From positions 105,858 to 129,857 of the forward strand of contig JAZKDZ010000003.1 of the NCBI GenBank assembly GCA_040387275.1: DNA of 24,000 nt. The letters are read 5' to 3'. The position numbers were made by a program, and so were the translations under genes. The notes below the pieces were generated by a model that had not been told where the DNA came from, searched no databases, and was given only the letters and a program-made list of their open reading frames with translations. Of this stretch, positions 1 through 9,138 are shown one piece after another (the stretch's first letter is position 1; each line of letters starts with the position of its first letter). The DNA comes from Bdellovibrionota bacterium. Lineage in GTDB: Bacteria > Bdellovibrionota > Bacteriovoracia > Bacteriovoracales > Bacteriovoracaceae.

Positions 1-1
1 C

Positions 2-412
2 TTAATTAAAATATTTAGCAGGAATGGGAATATTTTTCGTGTAAATGATGCCGACTCGTTTGGTCAGGATTAAAGGTGGGAATTTTTTTATTATTTTAAC
101 TCTCCATCCCCATTTGGGTTTTTTATCATCCCATCTCCATTCAGATGTTTTGTCTACAAGGTGACTGTTGAAGTCTGTGTAGAAGGCGTCTTCTGAGGGG
201 TATAAAAAGCATTCGGTAAATTCAATCAAGGCAATAGCTCTTGATTTGAACTTTTGACTCTTTCCTGGTGTTTCAATAAGTAGCAAACTTCGATTCAAAT
301 ATTCTTTAGCAAGAGGATAAGTCCGTGTCTCTATGTCTTTTTTTTCTTCAGCGATATATTGCGAATATGGCCATTGAATACAAATCCCTGAAGTCAGCAC
401 AGATTTAGACAT
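2..412 (-). CDS. ASCH-domain-like small protein
   Basis: 136 aa; pattern IQWPYSQYIAEEKKDIETRTYPL...LLIETPG...AIALIEFTECFLY...W.DDKKPKWGWRVKII resembles ASCH/EVE (PUA-like) domains. ATG at 412 overlaps the end of the upstream radical SAM gene (stop at 405-407). Confidence 0.65.
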   Translation of the reverse strand: MSKSVLTSGICIQWPYSQYIAEEKKDIETRTYPLAKEYLNRSLLLIETPGKSQKFKSRAIALIEFTECFLYPSEDAFYTDFNSHLVDKTSEWRWDDKKPKWGWRVKIIKKFPPLILTKRVGIIYTKNIPIPAKYFN

Positions 413-1739
413 TTATCATTCCATCAAGCTTCAGAAGATTGGTTCCCAATGGTGCGTGAAGGTTACTTATATTTATTGGTTTGATATCTTTATAAGCAGA
501 ATGTTTAAGTCTAATCTCCCAATCAATATCTCGTGACGATTTTCCTTTGAATGCTTTTACGCGGTCAATAGCGTTGCAGCAGTCTTTCTTGTTATCCCAC
601 AAATCTTGGTCGTCCCAGAATTGAGACTCACCGTTACCAATATAGCAAGTTGTAAATTGAAGTCCATTTTGAACGCACTTCGCTTGTATACGTTCGTAAT
701 AAGCTCTTATTTCTTTTCTGCTGAAATGTTTGTCTCCTCTGGTTGCGAGTACCTCGTCAGTAAAAAATAATTTGAGGTCTACTCCGCACGCCTCCTTGAT
801 CTGGACAATCGAAGATGGCGACAGACGAACCATACCAGCCAAGATTGATTGTGTTCCTGTCGCCGCAATTTCATCGATCATGTCAAAAGAGCTAAAATCA
901 AATTTTAATTTTCTTTTGTATTCTGGAAAATCAGGGTCAGTGAAATATCCATCAGGATGAATAGGGAAAAAAGGGTTTAGGCGTACTGTTGTCCAGAAAC
1001 CATTTTTTGTTAAAACTTTCAAGGCTTCAAGGCGCTTTTTAGCCGAAGGTGTACCAGGCTCTAAAAGTTTATTTAACTCATCGTTAGTGGATGCGATAGA
1101 CATTTGGATTGAGCATAGGTCAGGATTTAAGAGATCCAAATAGGGACTTTTAGATACCAGGTCGCTTCTTGTGAAAATAATGTACGGATACTGATAGTGA
1201 TCCAAGATTTTCAAAAATTCCTGCGTAACTTTATACTTTCGATCCATTGCCATGAATGAATCGGACATGGATCCAATCCTTATTGGAATTCGTTTTTCCA
1301 TCACTGATCGCCATTTACTAGGTTTGTCTGTTTCAAAAACGTCATAAAATGTTTGCCATAAGTCCGTTACATCTACAGGCATTGGAAAAGGTCGATTCCA
1401 ATACCCATGCTTAGTTAATTGTTCTTTGGCGTAACAGTAAACACAGTCATGCGTGCAACCTCTTCCATAAGTATCTACCTCGAATGCATATAAGCATTGT
1501 TGGCAGGAGCTATGAAAATTTACGAGTTTGAAGGGCGTTCCGAATATAATTCCCCCTCGAGGCTGTTCAAGGCCAAATCTTTGTTCAAGTTCTTTGTAAG
1601 TATTGAAGTCATAATCGCACTGATAATTTGAAAATCTTTTTAACTTTTCAGCTCTCAAGAATATTTGATCTGATTTTGGAGTGGGAAATTCTGGAATGGT
1701 TGAAACTGGAGTATCTAAAACCTCATGTAAAACTGTCAT
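405..1739 (-). CDS. Radical SAM protein, spore photoproduct lyase (SPL)-like family
   Basis: Radical SAM motif RGCTHDCVYCYA (CxxxCxxC) plus downstream IRIGSMSDSF and VRLNPFFP segments. Track ORF runs 405..1808, but ATG at 1739 has a GAGG Shine-Dalgarno 5 nt upstream and a promoter-like sequence overlaps the longer N-terminus, so the start is probably 1739. Confidence 0.85.
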   Translation of the reverse strand: MTVLHEVLDTPVSTIPEFPTPKSDQIFLRAEKLKRFSNYQCDYDFNTYKELEQRFGLEQPRGGIIFGTPFKLVNFHSSCQQCLYAFEVDTYGRGCTHDCVYCYAKEQLTKHGYWNRPFPMPVDVTDLWQTFYDVFETDKPSKWRSVMEKRIPIRIGSMSDSFMAMDRKYKVTQEFLKILDHYQYPYIIFTRSDLVSKSPYLDLLNPDLCSIQMSIASTNDELNKLLEPGTPSAKKRLEALKVLTKNGFWTTVRLNPFFPIHPDGYFTDPDFPEYKRKLKFDFSSFDMIDEIAATGTQSILAGMVRLSPSSIVQIKEACGVDLKLFFTDEVLATRGDKHFSRKEIRAYYERIQAKCVQNGLQFTTCYIGNGESQFWDDQDLWDNKKDCCNAIDRVKAFKGKSSRDIDWEIRLKHSAYKDIKPINISNLHAPLGTNLLKLDGMINV

Positions 1740-1779
1740 AATGACCTCGAGAGTTATCGCTTTGATTTGTGTTGGGCGA

Positions 1780-1808
1780 TACATAACGATCAAGATGCAG
1801 AGTATCAA
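1780..1808 (-). promoter_or_regulatory. Candidate sigma70-type promoter for the radical SAM/ASCH pair
   Basis: Minus-strand TTGATA (1803-1808), 17-nt spacer, TATGTA (1780-1785). Confidence 0.4.
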
Positions 1809-2064
1809 TAGGTAGCGGAGTAGATTTTTTTTTATTTAGGAAGCGTCGGCGTTAAGTAGATGTTTGCACATAATCGATCCAGGGATATGTCACTATGGGT
1901 CATCTCTACTCGGGCCAAATTTACATAGTTAGTAAGCTTTGGACCTAAGGAGTTATCAGCTTCAGGTGTTTAAAATTTTTGTTTATAAATCCCGCTTTTC
2001 AAATGATTTGTATTTAATCTTTTCAATGGTGATAGTTCCGGCAGGCTAATGCGTTCGCATAAGG

Positions 2065-2337
2065 TTACTCCCAATAAGCTCCACCTAAGATTGCTTTAAT
2101 TCTAATAAGAGTGTGCTCCAGTGCTTCGATGCTTTTAGAATAACCATTCAATCCAAGATCTTTTTGTATTTGCTGGCTGAAAAGATTTGGATAAGCAATC
2201 TCGTAAATCTCCCAATATTGTTTGATCGAATTCCAAACCGGGCAAAGTTGCTCTAGTGAGTTTGAAAGCTGGATAGGTTTGTTTAGCAACATTAAACATT
2301 CCCTCCAATGCATCCATGCCTTAGGCTGGATAACCAT
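2065..2337 (-). CDS. Small hypothetical protein
   Basis: 90 aa ORF (MVIQPKAWMHWREC...), no strong RBS; may be a remnant. Confidence 0.35.
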   Translation of the reverse strand: MVIQPKAWMHWRECLMLLNKPIQLSNSLEQLCPVWNSIKQYWEIYEIAYPNLFSQQIQKDLGLNGYSKSIEALEHTLIRIKAILGGAYWE

Positions 2338-2703
2338 TCTGATTTAACCAAGCAGTGTCTCTTCCTATTCCGCATCAGATATCAGCAGAAGGAACACGTG
2401 TCTTAAAGAAGGTTTACAATGTGTAGAGGCGTAACGAAATTTGAATTTCATGAGATTTTTTAAATCTCCCGCATTTTGATCATACGTAGCTACAGTTTTC
2501 TTATCCATCTCATTATTTTATCCCAACTTAGCAATTCAATATCTTGCAGCTTTGCTCTGGCTCTAATTCAGTACTAAAAAGTGTGTTTTAGCTTCCAAAT
2601 CTCAATAATTGAGACTTATTAACCATCTGAAAAATTAAGATTAGGCGTCCTGTATATACGACCGAAACGGCTCAGAAGTGCATTTAATGTTTCCGGGAGT
2701 TGT

Positions 2704-3708
2704 ATGGCTAGAAGACCGATGAGTCAGTATGAGAAAGACGCTCAAAAAAAGCTGATGCAAGAGATTAAGCAACAAGAGAAAGAGCAACGTAAGAACGAAA
2801 AAGAAACAGCAAAATATAACTTCAATAACCTGACTGAGGATTCGATTAGATCATTCCAGATGGGGAGGTTCTCTTACGAAAAGTCGGCTTATGAGATGAA
2901 ACCAGATCTCAGAAGTATCTTTGAGATTTTAAAAGGTGATGGTTTTGAGCCAGAGTTGGAAAACAAAAGAATTAAGCTAAGCGATGTTGACCATTTTCTT
3001 TATTCCGGGAAGTTCAATTCAGTTTTAGGTCTAAATGGATTTAAAACTTTCAAAGAACAGATTAAAGCGATTCTCGATGACATCAATCGTGGGACAAGTA
3101 GGGATAACCTGGTCAATCTCGATGCTTTATTTGATCTTCTTCTTCATTCAGGAATTTATTTCGAGACAAAACATCTTCCAGAATACATGGCTGATGTAGA
3201 GGGCGAGGAAGGTTGGTTAACGGCCTATCGATTTGTTGCGAAAAATTTCCCAGACCTCACCTATAAAGAATTTAGAACTATCGTGAAAGACATTTCTAAA
3301 TCCAAAGGAGACGCAATTGAATTTGAGGAAGAGGAGAAAGAAACTAATCTATACAAAAAAATTGCTTCCTCTAAGCTATTCGTCGCTGACTCAAGCCCTA
3401 TTTCTATCCTTCAAACACTAGTCATGAGTGATATTCGTGCTATTTGTACTGAGCTAGAGGTCCAAGGGGCGCGTAGCAAGGAGCAAACAATTGAAAAACT
3501 TCTTACTGCCCCAGGTATTGAAGAGCATCTCTTAAAAAAATATTCGCATAAGCAAAATGGCTTAGTCTTCATGATCAAAGACAAAGATCTCGTCACAGGG
3601 GCCGACATTGTTTCGCTCGATAAATATCTAAGGCATCTCGCGAAAGCAGTTCGTGAAGAGCTGTTTTCATTTGTTGAATCTAAAATGAACTTTAAATTGG
3701 TGGGGTAA
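2704..3708 (+). CDS. Hypothetical protein, first gene of McrBC cassette; basic/coiled N-terminus and possible SAP-like helix-extension-helix motif
   Basis: 334 aa; ATG preceded by GGGAG; N-term KDAQKKLMQEIKQQEKEQRKNEKE; C-terminal half contains LVMSDIRAICTELEVQGARSKEQTIEKLL, resembling SAP motifs. Stop is 3 nt before the next ATG. Confidence 0.75.
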   Translation: MARRPMSQYEKDAQKKLMQEIKQQEKEQRKNEKETAKYNFNNLTEDSIRSFQMGRFSYEKSAYEMKPDLRSIFEILKGDGFEPELENKRIKLSDVDHFLYSGKFNSVLGLNGFKTFKEQIKAILDDINRGTSRDNLVNLDALFDLLLHSGIYFETKHLPEYMADVEGEEGWLTAYRFVAKNFPDLTYKEFRTIVKDISKSKGDAIEFEEEEKETNLYKKIASSKLFVADSSPISILQTLVMSDIRAICTELEVQGARSKEQTIEKLLTAPGIEEHLLKKYSHKQNGLVFMIKDKDLVTGADIVSLDKYLRHLAKAVREELFSFVESKMNFKLVG

Positions 3709-3711
3709 GAT

Positions 3712-5007
3712 ATGACTTATATGTTTTATGCGATTGTTCTTCTTTTAATAACAGCCGGAGCTTTATTTTATTCCCTTGTTCTAAGGAATCAGGAAATAAA
3801 GAAGTTGGAAGATGTCATTCGGGAAAAAGATAAAGACATTAGCGCTCTTAAGCCTAAAGCAGACAAATATGATGAAAACGAGGGGTTCGAGTCATTGATC
3901 ACGAGTAAGCAAGAGATTGTTCAAAAGCTTGAGTCTGTTTTTGAAGAATTAAAATCGCGAATTGATCCATTCCAAACGCATATGGAATTAGCCGATACTG
4001 GCCACTTCAGGCCGGAATTTAAATTTGAAGATGTTGATAAGTATTCCGAGGCTCTTACAGCAATTAAGGAAGCCCAGAAAGTCTTAATCAAAAACGCATC
4101 AGCAATTGATACCTCCTTACCTGATTTCAAAAAATCGGACATATACAAAGGTCTATCCCGTGTTTCACTCCTGGCATTCAATGCTGAATGTGAATCAATC
4201 ATAAGAAAAGTAACTTACAGCAACTTTGAAAGCGGTAAAGAGAAGCTGATTGATTGCTTTCACACGATTAATAAAAATTTATCCCCTCTAAAAGTTTCGA
4301 TCACTGAGGAATTCTTAGATTTAAAAGTGAAAGAATTGGTTTTAGGCTTTGAATTTGAAGATGAGAGAAGAAAAATCCAAGAAGAGCAAGCTGAGATCAT
4401 GTCGCAGATGAGAGAGGAAGAAGCCGCTCGTGTTGAGGCAGAAGAGGCTCGATTGGATGCCATTGAAGAAGAAGAGAAATATAAGGCTGCACTTGCCCAA
4501 GCTTTCAAAGAAATTGAAGGGAAAACTGAGAAAGAAAAAGAAGGGATGATGTCTCAAATTAGGGAGCTTGAAGCAAAACTTCAGGAAGCCCATGCAGAAA
4601 GAGAGCGTGCTACTTCGATGGCCCAAATCACAAAAGCCGGGCACGTCTATATCATTTCGAACATAGGATCTTTTGGTGAGAATATTTACAAAATTGGGAT
4701 GACGAGAAGGAAAGATCCTCAAGATCGAGTTAAAGAACTGAGCGATGCTTCTGTTCCATTTACATTTGATGTTCATGCAATGGTTCACACCGAAAATGCA
4801 CCCGAATTAGAAAATGCTCTACACAGATTTTTTGATCAAAGAAGAATGAATAAAATCAATATGAAAAAAGAATTTTTCAAAGTCACCTTAGAGGAAATTG
4901 AGACAGCATGTTTAAGCCTAGGAGTTAAGCCTAAGCTCACCAGAGCGGCTGAAGCTAGGGAGTATCGTGAGACAATCGAGATTCAAGAAAAGTCGAAAGT
5001 GGCATAA
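3712..5007 (+). CDS. Membrane-anchored coiled-coil protein, DUF4041-like with C-terminal T5orf172/MUG113-type GIY-YIG nuclease domain
   Basis: 431 aa; N-terminal TM segment MTYMFYAIVLLLITAGALFYSLVL; long Glu-rich coiled coil; C-term HVYIISNIGSFGENIYKIGMTRRKDPQDRVKELSDASVPFTFDVHAMVHTENAPELENALHRFF typical of the T5orf172 GIY-YIG branch. Confidence 0.85.
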   Translation: MTYMFYAIVLLLITAGALFYSLVLRNQEIKKLEDVIREKDKDISALKPKADKYDENEGFESLITSKQEIVQKLESVFEELKSRIDPFQTHMELADTGHFRPEFKFEDVDKYSEALTAIKEAQKVLIKNASAIDTSLPDFKKSDIYKGLSRVSLLAFNAECESIIRKVTYSNFESGKEKLIDCFHTINKNLSPLKVSITEEFLDLKVKELVLGFEFEDERRKIQEEQAEIMSQMREEEAARVEAEEARLDAIEEEEKYKAALAQAFKEIEGKTEKEKEGMMSQIRELEAKLQEAHAERERATSMAQITKAGHVYIISNIGSFGENIYKIGMTRRKDPQDRVKELSDASVPFTFDVHAMVHTENAPELENALHRFFDQRRMNKINMKKEFFKVTLEEIETACLSLGVKPKLTRAAEAREYRETIEIQEKSKVA

Positions 5008-5043
5008 CAGTGGATTGTAGTGAGATGGTTATGACGAGGTGCT

Positions 5044-7857
5044 ATGGATACTGAGAAAAATCTTGAGGTTTATGAAGCGAATATCGCTCTCATGATGAAC
5101 CGTGGTGATTTTAATGAGCGTACAAAGCAAATCCAATTCTGCAATTTAATGAGGGATTTGATTGTCGAGGTAATTAAAAAGCCTTTCAACAAGAATACAA
5201 TCACAGGACTTATACAAGTAGGGAAATTCTATTCCTCAGATGAGTGCATTCATAAATATGTTCAATTATTTGAAATAGAAGATCCTGAATATTTCATAAA
5301 GAACATGACAAGTATCGAGATTAACTTTCGTGGTTTAACGGGTGCAGGAAAACGCGCGGTAAGTGTAGATGAGGTTGGGAGAAGTAATTTAGAGAAAGTC
5401 AGGAGTTTTCTGATCTCCGTGAGCGAAGCTAAGTCTTATGAAGAAGCTAAAGAAGCTGTTAAAAAATTTACAGATCTTAACATTCCCGTTGTTAAGCACG
5501 GCATATTCTCTACCTGGTTAATATACCTCCAACCATATTTTTGTCCTATATTAAACAATATGGGCTCATCACTTTACGAAAGTCTAGGATGGGATGGAGA
5601 GTCCTATCTCTCTTTTATGGAATTCGCACACAATAAACTTTCAGAATGTGTTGAAGGCCGGAATTTATTATATATAGATGCCTCTAGCTGGCCTCACCTT
5701 TTGCCAGGGTTGCTCCCACACGTTTTAATTTGGGGTAAGACTAGTTTTCAACTAGAAACAGGCATCGCGAACTTCAATAAAACATTTGCTTCAGTTGAAT
5801 CGAAACTGTGGTCAGAATGTGAGAGTTGGATATTTGGGGCAACATCTTGCCTCGTTGCTCCAGTAGATTTTTGCGGATATCAAAATCTAAGTTGGGATAA
5901 GTATAGGGAACATTATCTTAAAGATTCAATCGCGATTCCATCTAAGAAGCTCGTACAAAAAAAGAATTTTAATCTTACTGAAATAACAAGTGGTGAGGTT
6001 TTCGCTGTATGGAATAATTGGATGCTTAATCAGGGTTTAAAAATAGAGGGTAGAAGACTTTTTGGAAGCGAAATTGAAGTATCAAACAGAACTTCCGTCG
6101 AAAAGTTGCCTCTACTTGCTTATAGATCTTTAAGCATGTCGAATTTATCACCCATGGCCAATCAGCTTATTCAGACACTTTTCGAAATGGGAGCAATTGC
6201 TACAAATTGGGAAGAAGTGTTTGAGGAAGAGTTTATACCTTTGGATATGCTGTTATCGAAATGGAAAAGTACCAATAATAATTTTCAAGACTTATTGGGC
6301 GCATTGGAAGAGTTGAGAATCGCTGGTTTGCTGGGTATGACCGATGAGAATGAAAAGAAATTATCTCCTCAAAAACTCCAGCAAGTAACTGAATCACAAT
6401 TTTTTAATCAGAATGTTTATTTCGAAAAAGGCTTTAGTGATCTCTTCGAGTTGAATGCTTTGCATCCTTTAATATCAAATTTTCAACCTGTCCTTACTGG
6501 AGTTAAGTCTATGGCTGTAACCACTAAAACAGACTTTAAGCTTAATACTATTTTTTGCGGACCACCGGGTACGGGGAAAACATATCATTCTATATTTAGA
6601 GCACTTGATATCCTAGGGGTTATTGTCCCTGGCGGAAGAGGAAGCGATGAATTTAGAGCAGCAGCTATTAAAGCATTCGAAGACCAAATCAAAAAAGGCA
6701 ATATTCTTTTTCTCACTTTCAATCAAGCGTATAGTTACGAAGAATTTATTGAAGGAATTAGACCCATTCTGAACAAAGATCAGCTCTCATATAAACTTGA
6801 AGATGGGGCTCTCAAAAAGTTTCTGTTTGGTGGATCCCAGATTAAAGATCTATTCAGTGCCGGTGATGTCTTGAAGGCTACGCGTTCCAAATTCGTTGTA
6901 GATAAAGTTGATAATGGAAATATCAAGCTTAGAAAATTTGAACTATCAGGTGAAGACAGTAGAGGAAATATTTATATTCCTTTAGAGGCTTTACAAGAGC
7001 TATGGCAATACATGAAGAATAAAAATGTAACCGCTGAAGTTCTTATGTCTCGGGATTACCTTGGAAATATTAAACAAGACCTGGAAACTGATAATTTTGT
7101 TCTCGGTTATACAGCTGAGTTTACGGCTTGCTTGAATCACTTAAAATCAAAAGAATTAGATATTCGAGACAATACCAAGGCCAAGGTTCTAGTTATAGAT
7201 GAGATTAATAGGGGGAATGTTTCACAAATTTTTGGTGAGCTCATTACTCTTCTAGAAGAAGATAAAAGGGAGGGTAAAGGGGTTACGATAAAACTTCCTT
7301 ATTCAAAAGAATCTTTTATTCTTCCTCCAAATCTTTACGTTTTGGGAACAATGAACACTGCTGATAAATCTATTGCTCCATTAGATTTTGCTTTGAGACG
7401 AAGATTTCACTTTGAATCTTACTGGCCTGATTCAAGGCTGGTATCTGACAAATGGAAAGTTGAAGGAATAACTAGAGAACAGGCTCGAGTTTCCTTTGAA
7501 AGTCTGAATGAAAAAATCGAAATGTTACGAGGCAGAGACTACACAATTGGTCACAGTTATTTTCTAAAAACACATAGTCCTGAGGATCTATATAGAACTA
7601 TTTTTGAGCAAATTATTCCTTTGTTGAATGAATACTTTTATCAAGACTGGAAATCTCTTGGTTTTATCTTAGGGAAAGGCTTCGTTCGACAACATCCAGG
7701 TATGAAAAAATTTAAAGGTGTTTCAAACCTACTGGATGAGTGCTGGGTCATTAATGACTTTGTAGAATATGGCAATATCAACATGTCGGCATTTCTGAAG
7801 GCATTTTCTGACTTAGGAAAAATGGAAGATTCAGATGATTCACAAGAAACTGCATGA
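5044..7857 (+). CDS. mcrB: McrB-type AAA+ GTPase subunit of a type IV (McrBC-like) restriction system, with a long N-terminal region
   Basis: 937 aa; Walker A CGPPGTGKTYHSI, Walker B VLVIDEINRGNVSQIFGELITLLEEDKR, McrB signature VLGTMNTADKSIAPLDFALRRRFHF; followed by an overlapping mcrC. Confidence 0.92.
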   Translation: MDTEKNLEVYEANIALMMNRGDFNERTKQIQFCNLMRDLIVEVIKKPFNKNTITGLIQVGKFYSSDECIHKYVQLFEIEDPEYFIKNMTSIEINFRGLTGAGKRAVSVDEVGRSNLEKVRSFLISVSEAKSYEEAKEAVKKFTDLNIPVVKHGIFSTWLIYLQPYFCPILNNMGSSLYESLGWDGESYLSFMEFAHNKLSECVEGRNLLYIDASSWPHLLPGLLPHVLIWGKTSFQLETGIANFNKTFASVESKLWSECESWIFGATSCLVAPVDFCGYQNLSWDKYREHYLKDSIAIPSKKLVQKKNFNLTEITSGEVFAVWNNWMLNQGLKIEGRRLFGSEIEVSNRTSVEKLPLLAYRSLSMSNLSPMANQLIQTLFEMGAIATNWEEVFEEEFIPLDMLLSKWKSTNNNFQDLLGALEELRIAGLLGMTDENEKKLSPQKLQQVTESQFFNQNVYFEKGFSDLFELNALHPLISNFQPVLTGVKSMAVTTKTDFKLNTIFCGPPGTGKTYHSIFRALDILGVIVPGGRGSDEFRAAAIKAFEDQIKKGNILFLTFNQAYSYEEFIEGIRPILNKDQLSYKLEDGALKKFLFGGSQIKDLFSAGDVLKATRSKFVVDKVDNGNIKLRKFELSGEDSRGNIYIPLEALQELWQYMKNKNVTAEVLMSRDYLGNIKQDLETDNFVLGYTAEFTACLNHLKSKELDIRDNTKAKVLVIDEINRGNVSQIFGELITLLEEDKREGKGVTIKLPYSKESFILPPNLYVLGTMNTADKSIAPLDFALRRRFHFESYWPDSRLVSDKWKVEGITREQARVSFESLNEKIEMLRGRDYTIGHSYFLKTHSPEDLYRTIFEQIIPLLNEYFYQDWKSLGFILGKGFVRQHPGMKKFKGVSNLLDECWVINDFVEYGNINMSAFLKAFSDLGKMEDSDDSQETA

Positions 7858-9124
7858 GTATGACCGACTCGATTACGAAGAACTGAATTTAGATTTAGCT
7901 AAGGCCAATGGTCTAAAGAAATATCTAGATAATTCTGGGCTTCGCGGAGCCCTGGAATTTCATTCGGATCATCTCAAGGCAACTCAATATGTTGGTGTTA
8001 TCAACTATCGAGGACGTCGAATTGATGTTCTTCCCAAGTTGTTAAGTGGGGGCGTTGGTCCTGACAATGATGAAGAAATTCGACTCATGCAACGCAATCT
8101 TCTCATCATGCTCTCTTATACTAATCATCTTCATATCAAGGATTCTGACCTCAGCAATTTTGACTTAGGGAAAGATAATCTCATTGATGTTTTTATTTAT
8201 CTCTTCGCTAGAGATCTCGTTTTTGCCTTGAATAAAGAAGTATTACATTCTTACGAGAACAAAGAAGAAAACGTTTCTTTTATAAAAGGTAAGATAAGCT
8301 TCCATAAGGATAGTGTAATAAATCAGTTTAATAGATCAAAGACTGTGTGTAGCTTTACATCTTTTGAGCATAATAACATCTTCAACCAGACTTTTTACTT
8401 CCTCTCTGAAAAGCTTTTAGCCCTCACTAATAATTCAGCAACTAAACAATATTTAAACCAAGCTCTTAAATGTCTAGAGGGTGTTTCTAGAAAGCAAATT
8501 TCATACGACCAAATTAAGGACAAGGTTGTGGGGAGATCATTTGAAAATTTTGAAACTCCATTTAATTTCGCAAAAGTTTTTTTAAAGAATAATCGACCGT
8601 CGCTCTCTTCAGGATCGAGTGAGAATTATTGCTTGATGTTCAACATGAATAATGTTTTTGAAGAGTTTATATACTCTGCCTTAAATCGAAATAAAATAAA
8701 GCTAGGTCTCTCTCGTGTAGAGTTTCAGAGGAATAGAACTCTTTTCCAAAGTTGGATTGATCTAAGTACCAATGACGAGCTAGGCGGATTTGGAAGTGTG
8801 AGAAATGATATTTACTTAGAGTTTTCCAATAAAATGCGTCCACCTTTAATCATTGACACTAAATACAAGGAAGTCTCATCCGTAAAGGATGTCTCCTCTG
8901 AAGACTTCTTTCAGCTCCTGACTTACAGACACATTGAGCGGAAAGCTGGGCTCTTAAATACTCCTGAGATAAAATTAGTTTATCCTCAGAAGAGTGCAAA
9001 AATAAAAGCTCGCCTAACATTTAGCGGACAAGATAAAACACTGATAAATGTGCGAACATTTCCTCTTAGAGATCTAACGGCTGAATCAATTTTCTTATTA
9101 CTTGAAGAAATGCTGACAGCGTGA
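7835..9124 (+). CDS. mcrC: McrC-type nuclease subunit (McrBC 5-methylcytosine restriction-like)
   Basis: 429 aa; pattern NYRGRRIDVLPKLL, IRLMQRNLLIMLSYT, KGKISFHKDS, PPLIIDTKYK (PD-(D/E)XK core), QLLTYRHI; overlaps mcrB by 23 nt. Confidence 0.9.
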   Translation: MIHKKLHEYDRLDYEELNLDLAKANGLKKYLDNSGLRGALEFHSDHLKATQYVGVINYRGRRIDVLPKLLSGGVGPDNDEEIRLMQRNLLIMLSYTNHLHIKDSDLSNFDLGKDNLIDVFIYLFARDLVFALNKEVLHSYENKEENVSFIKGKISFHKDSVINQFNRSKTVCSFTSFEHNNIFNQTFYFLSEKLLALTNNSATKQYLNQALKCLEGVSRKQISYDQIKDKVVGRSFENFETPFNFAKVFLKNNRPSLSSGSSENYCLMFNMNNVFEEFIYSALNRNKIKLGLSRVEFQRNRTLFQSWIDLSTNDELGGFGSVRNDIYLEFSNKMRPPLIIDTKYKEVSSVKDVSSEDFFQLLTYRHIERKAGLLNTPEIKLVYPQKSAKIKARLTFSGQDKTLINVRTFPLRDLTAESIFLLLEEMLTA

Positions 9125-9138
9125 CGCTTCTGGTAGAG

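Noticed and set aside
730-960. Plus-strand 76-aa ORF inside the radical SAM gene
   Set aside because: Antisense shadow of a well-supported CDS; no RBS or recognisable protein pattern.
2135-2317. 60-aa minus ORF overlapping the 90-aa ORF at 2065..2337
   Set aside because: Alternative frame in the same strand with no RBS and no recognisable domain.
2419-2478. Short peptide MCRGVTKFEFHEIFKSPAF* resembling the MCGR start of SRAP/YedK proteins
   Set aside because: Only 19 codons, the motif order differs (MCRG rather than MCGR), and no other SRAP motif is visible nearby.
3411-3608. Antisense ORFs inside the McrBC cassette (also 3921..4202, 4260..4508, 4342..4788)
   Set aside because: Shadows of strong plus-strand CDS; the Ser/Phe-rich composition is an artefact of antisense to Glu/Lys-rich coiled coils.
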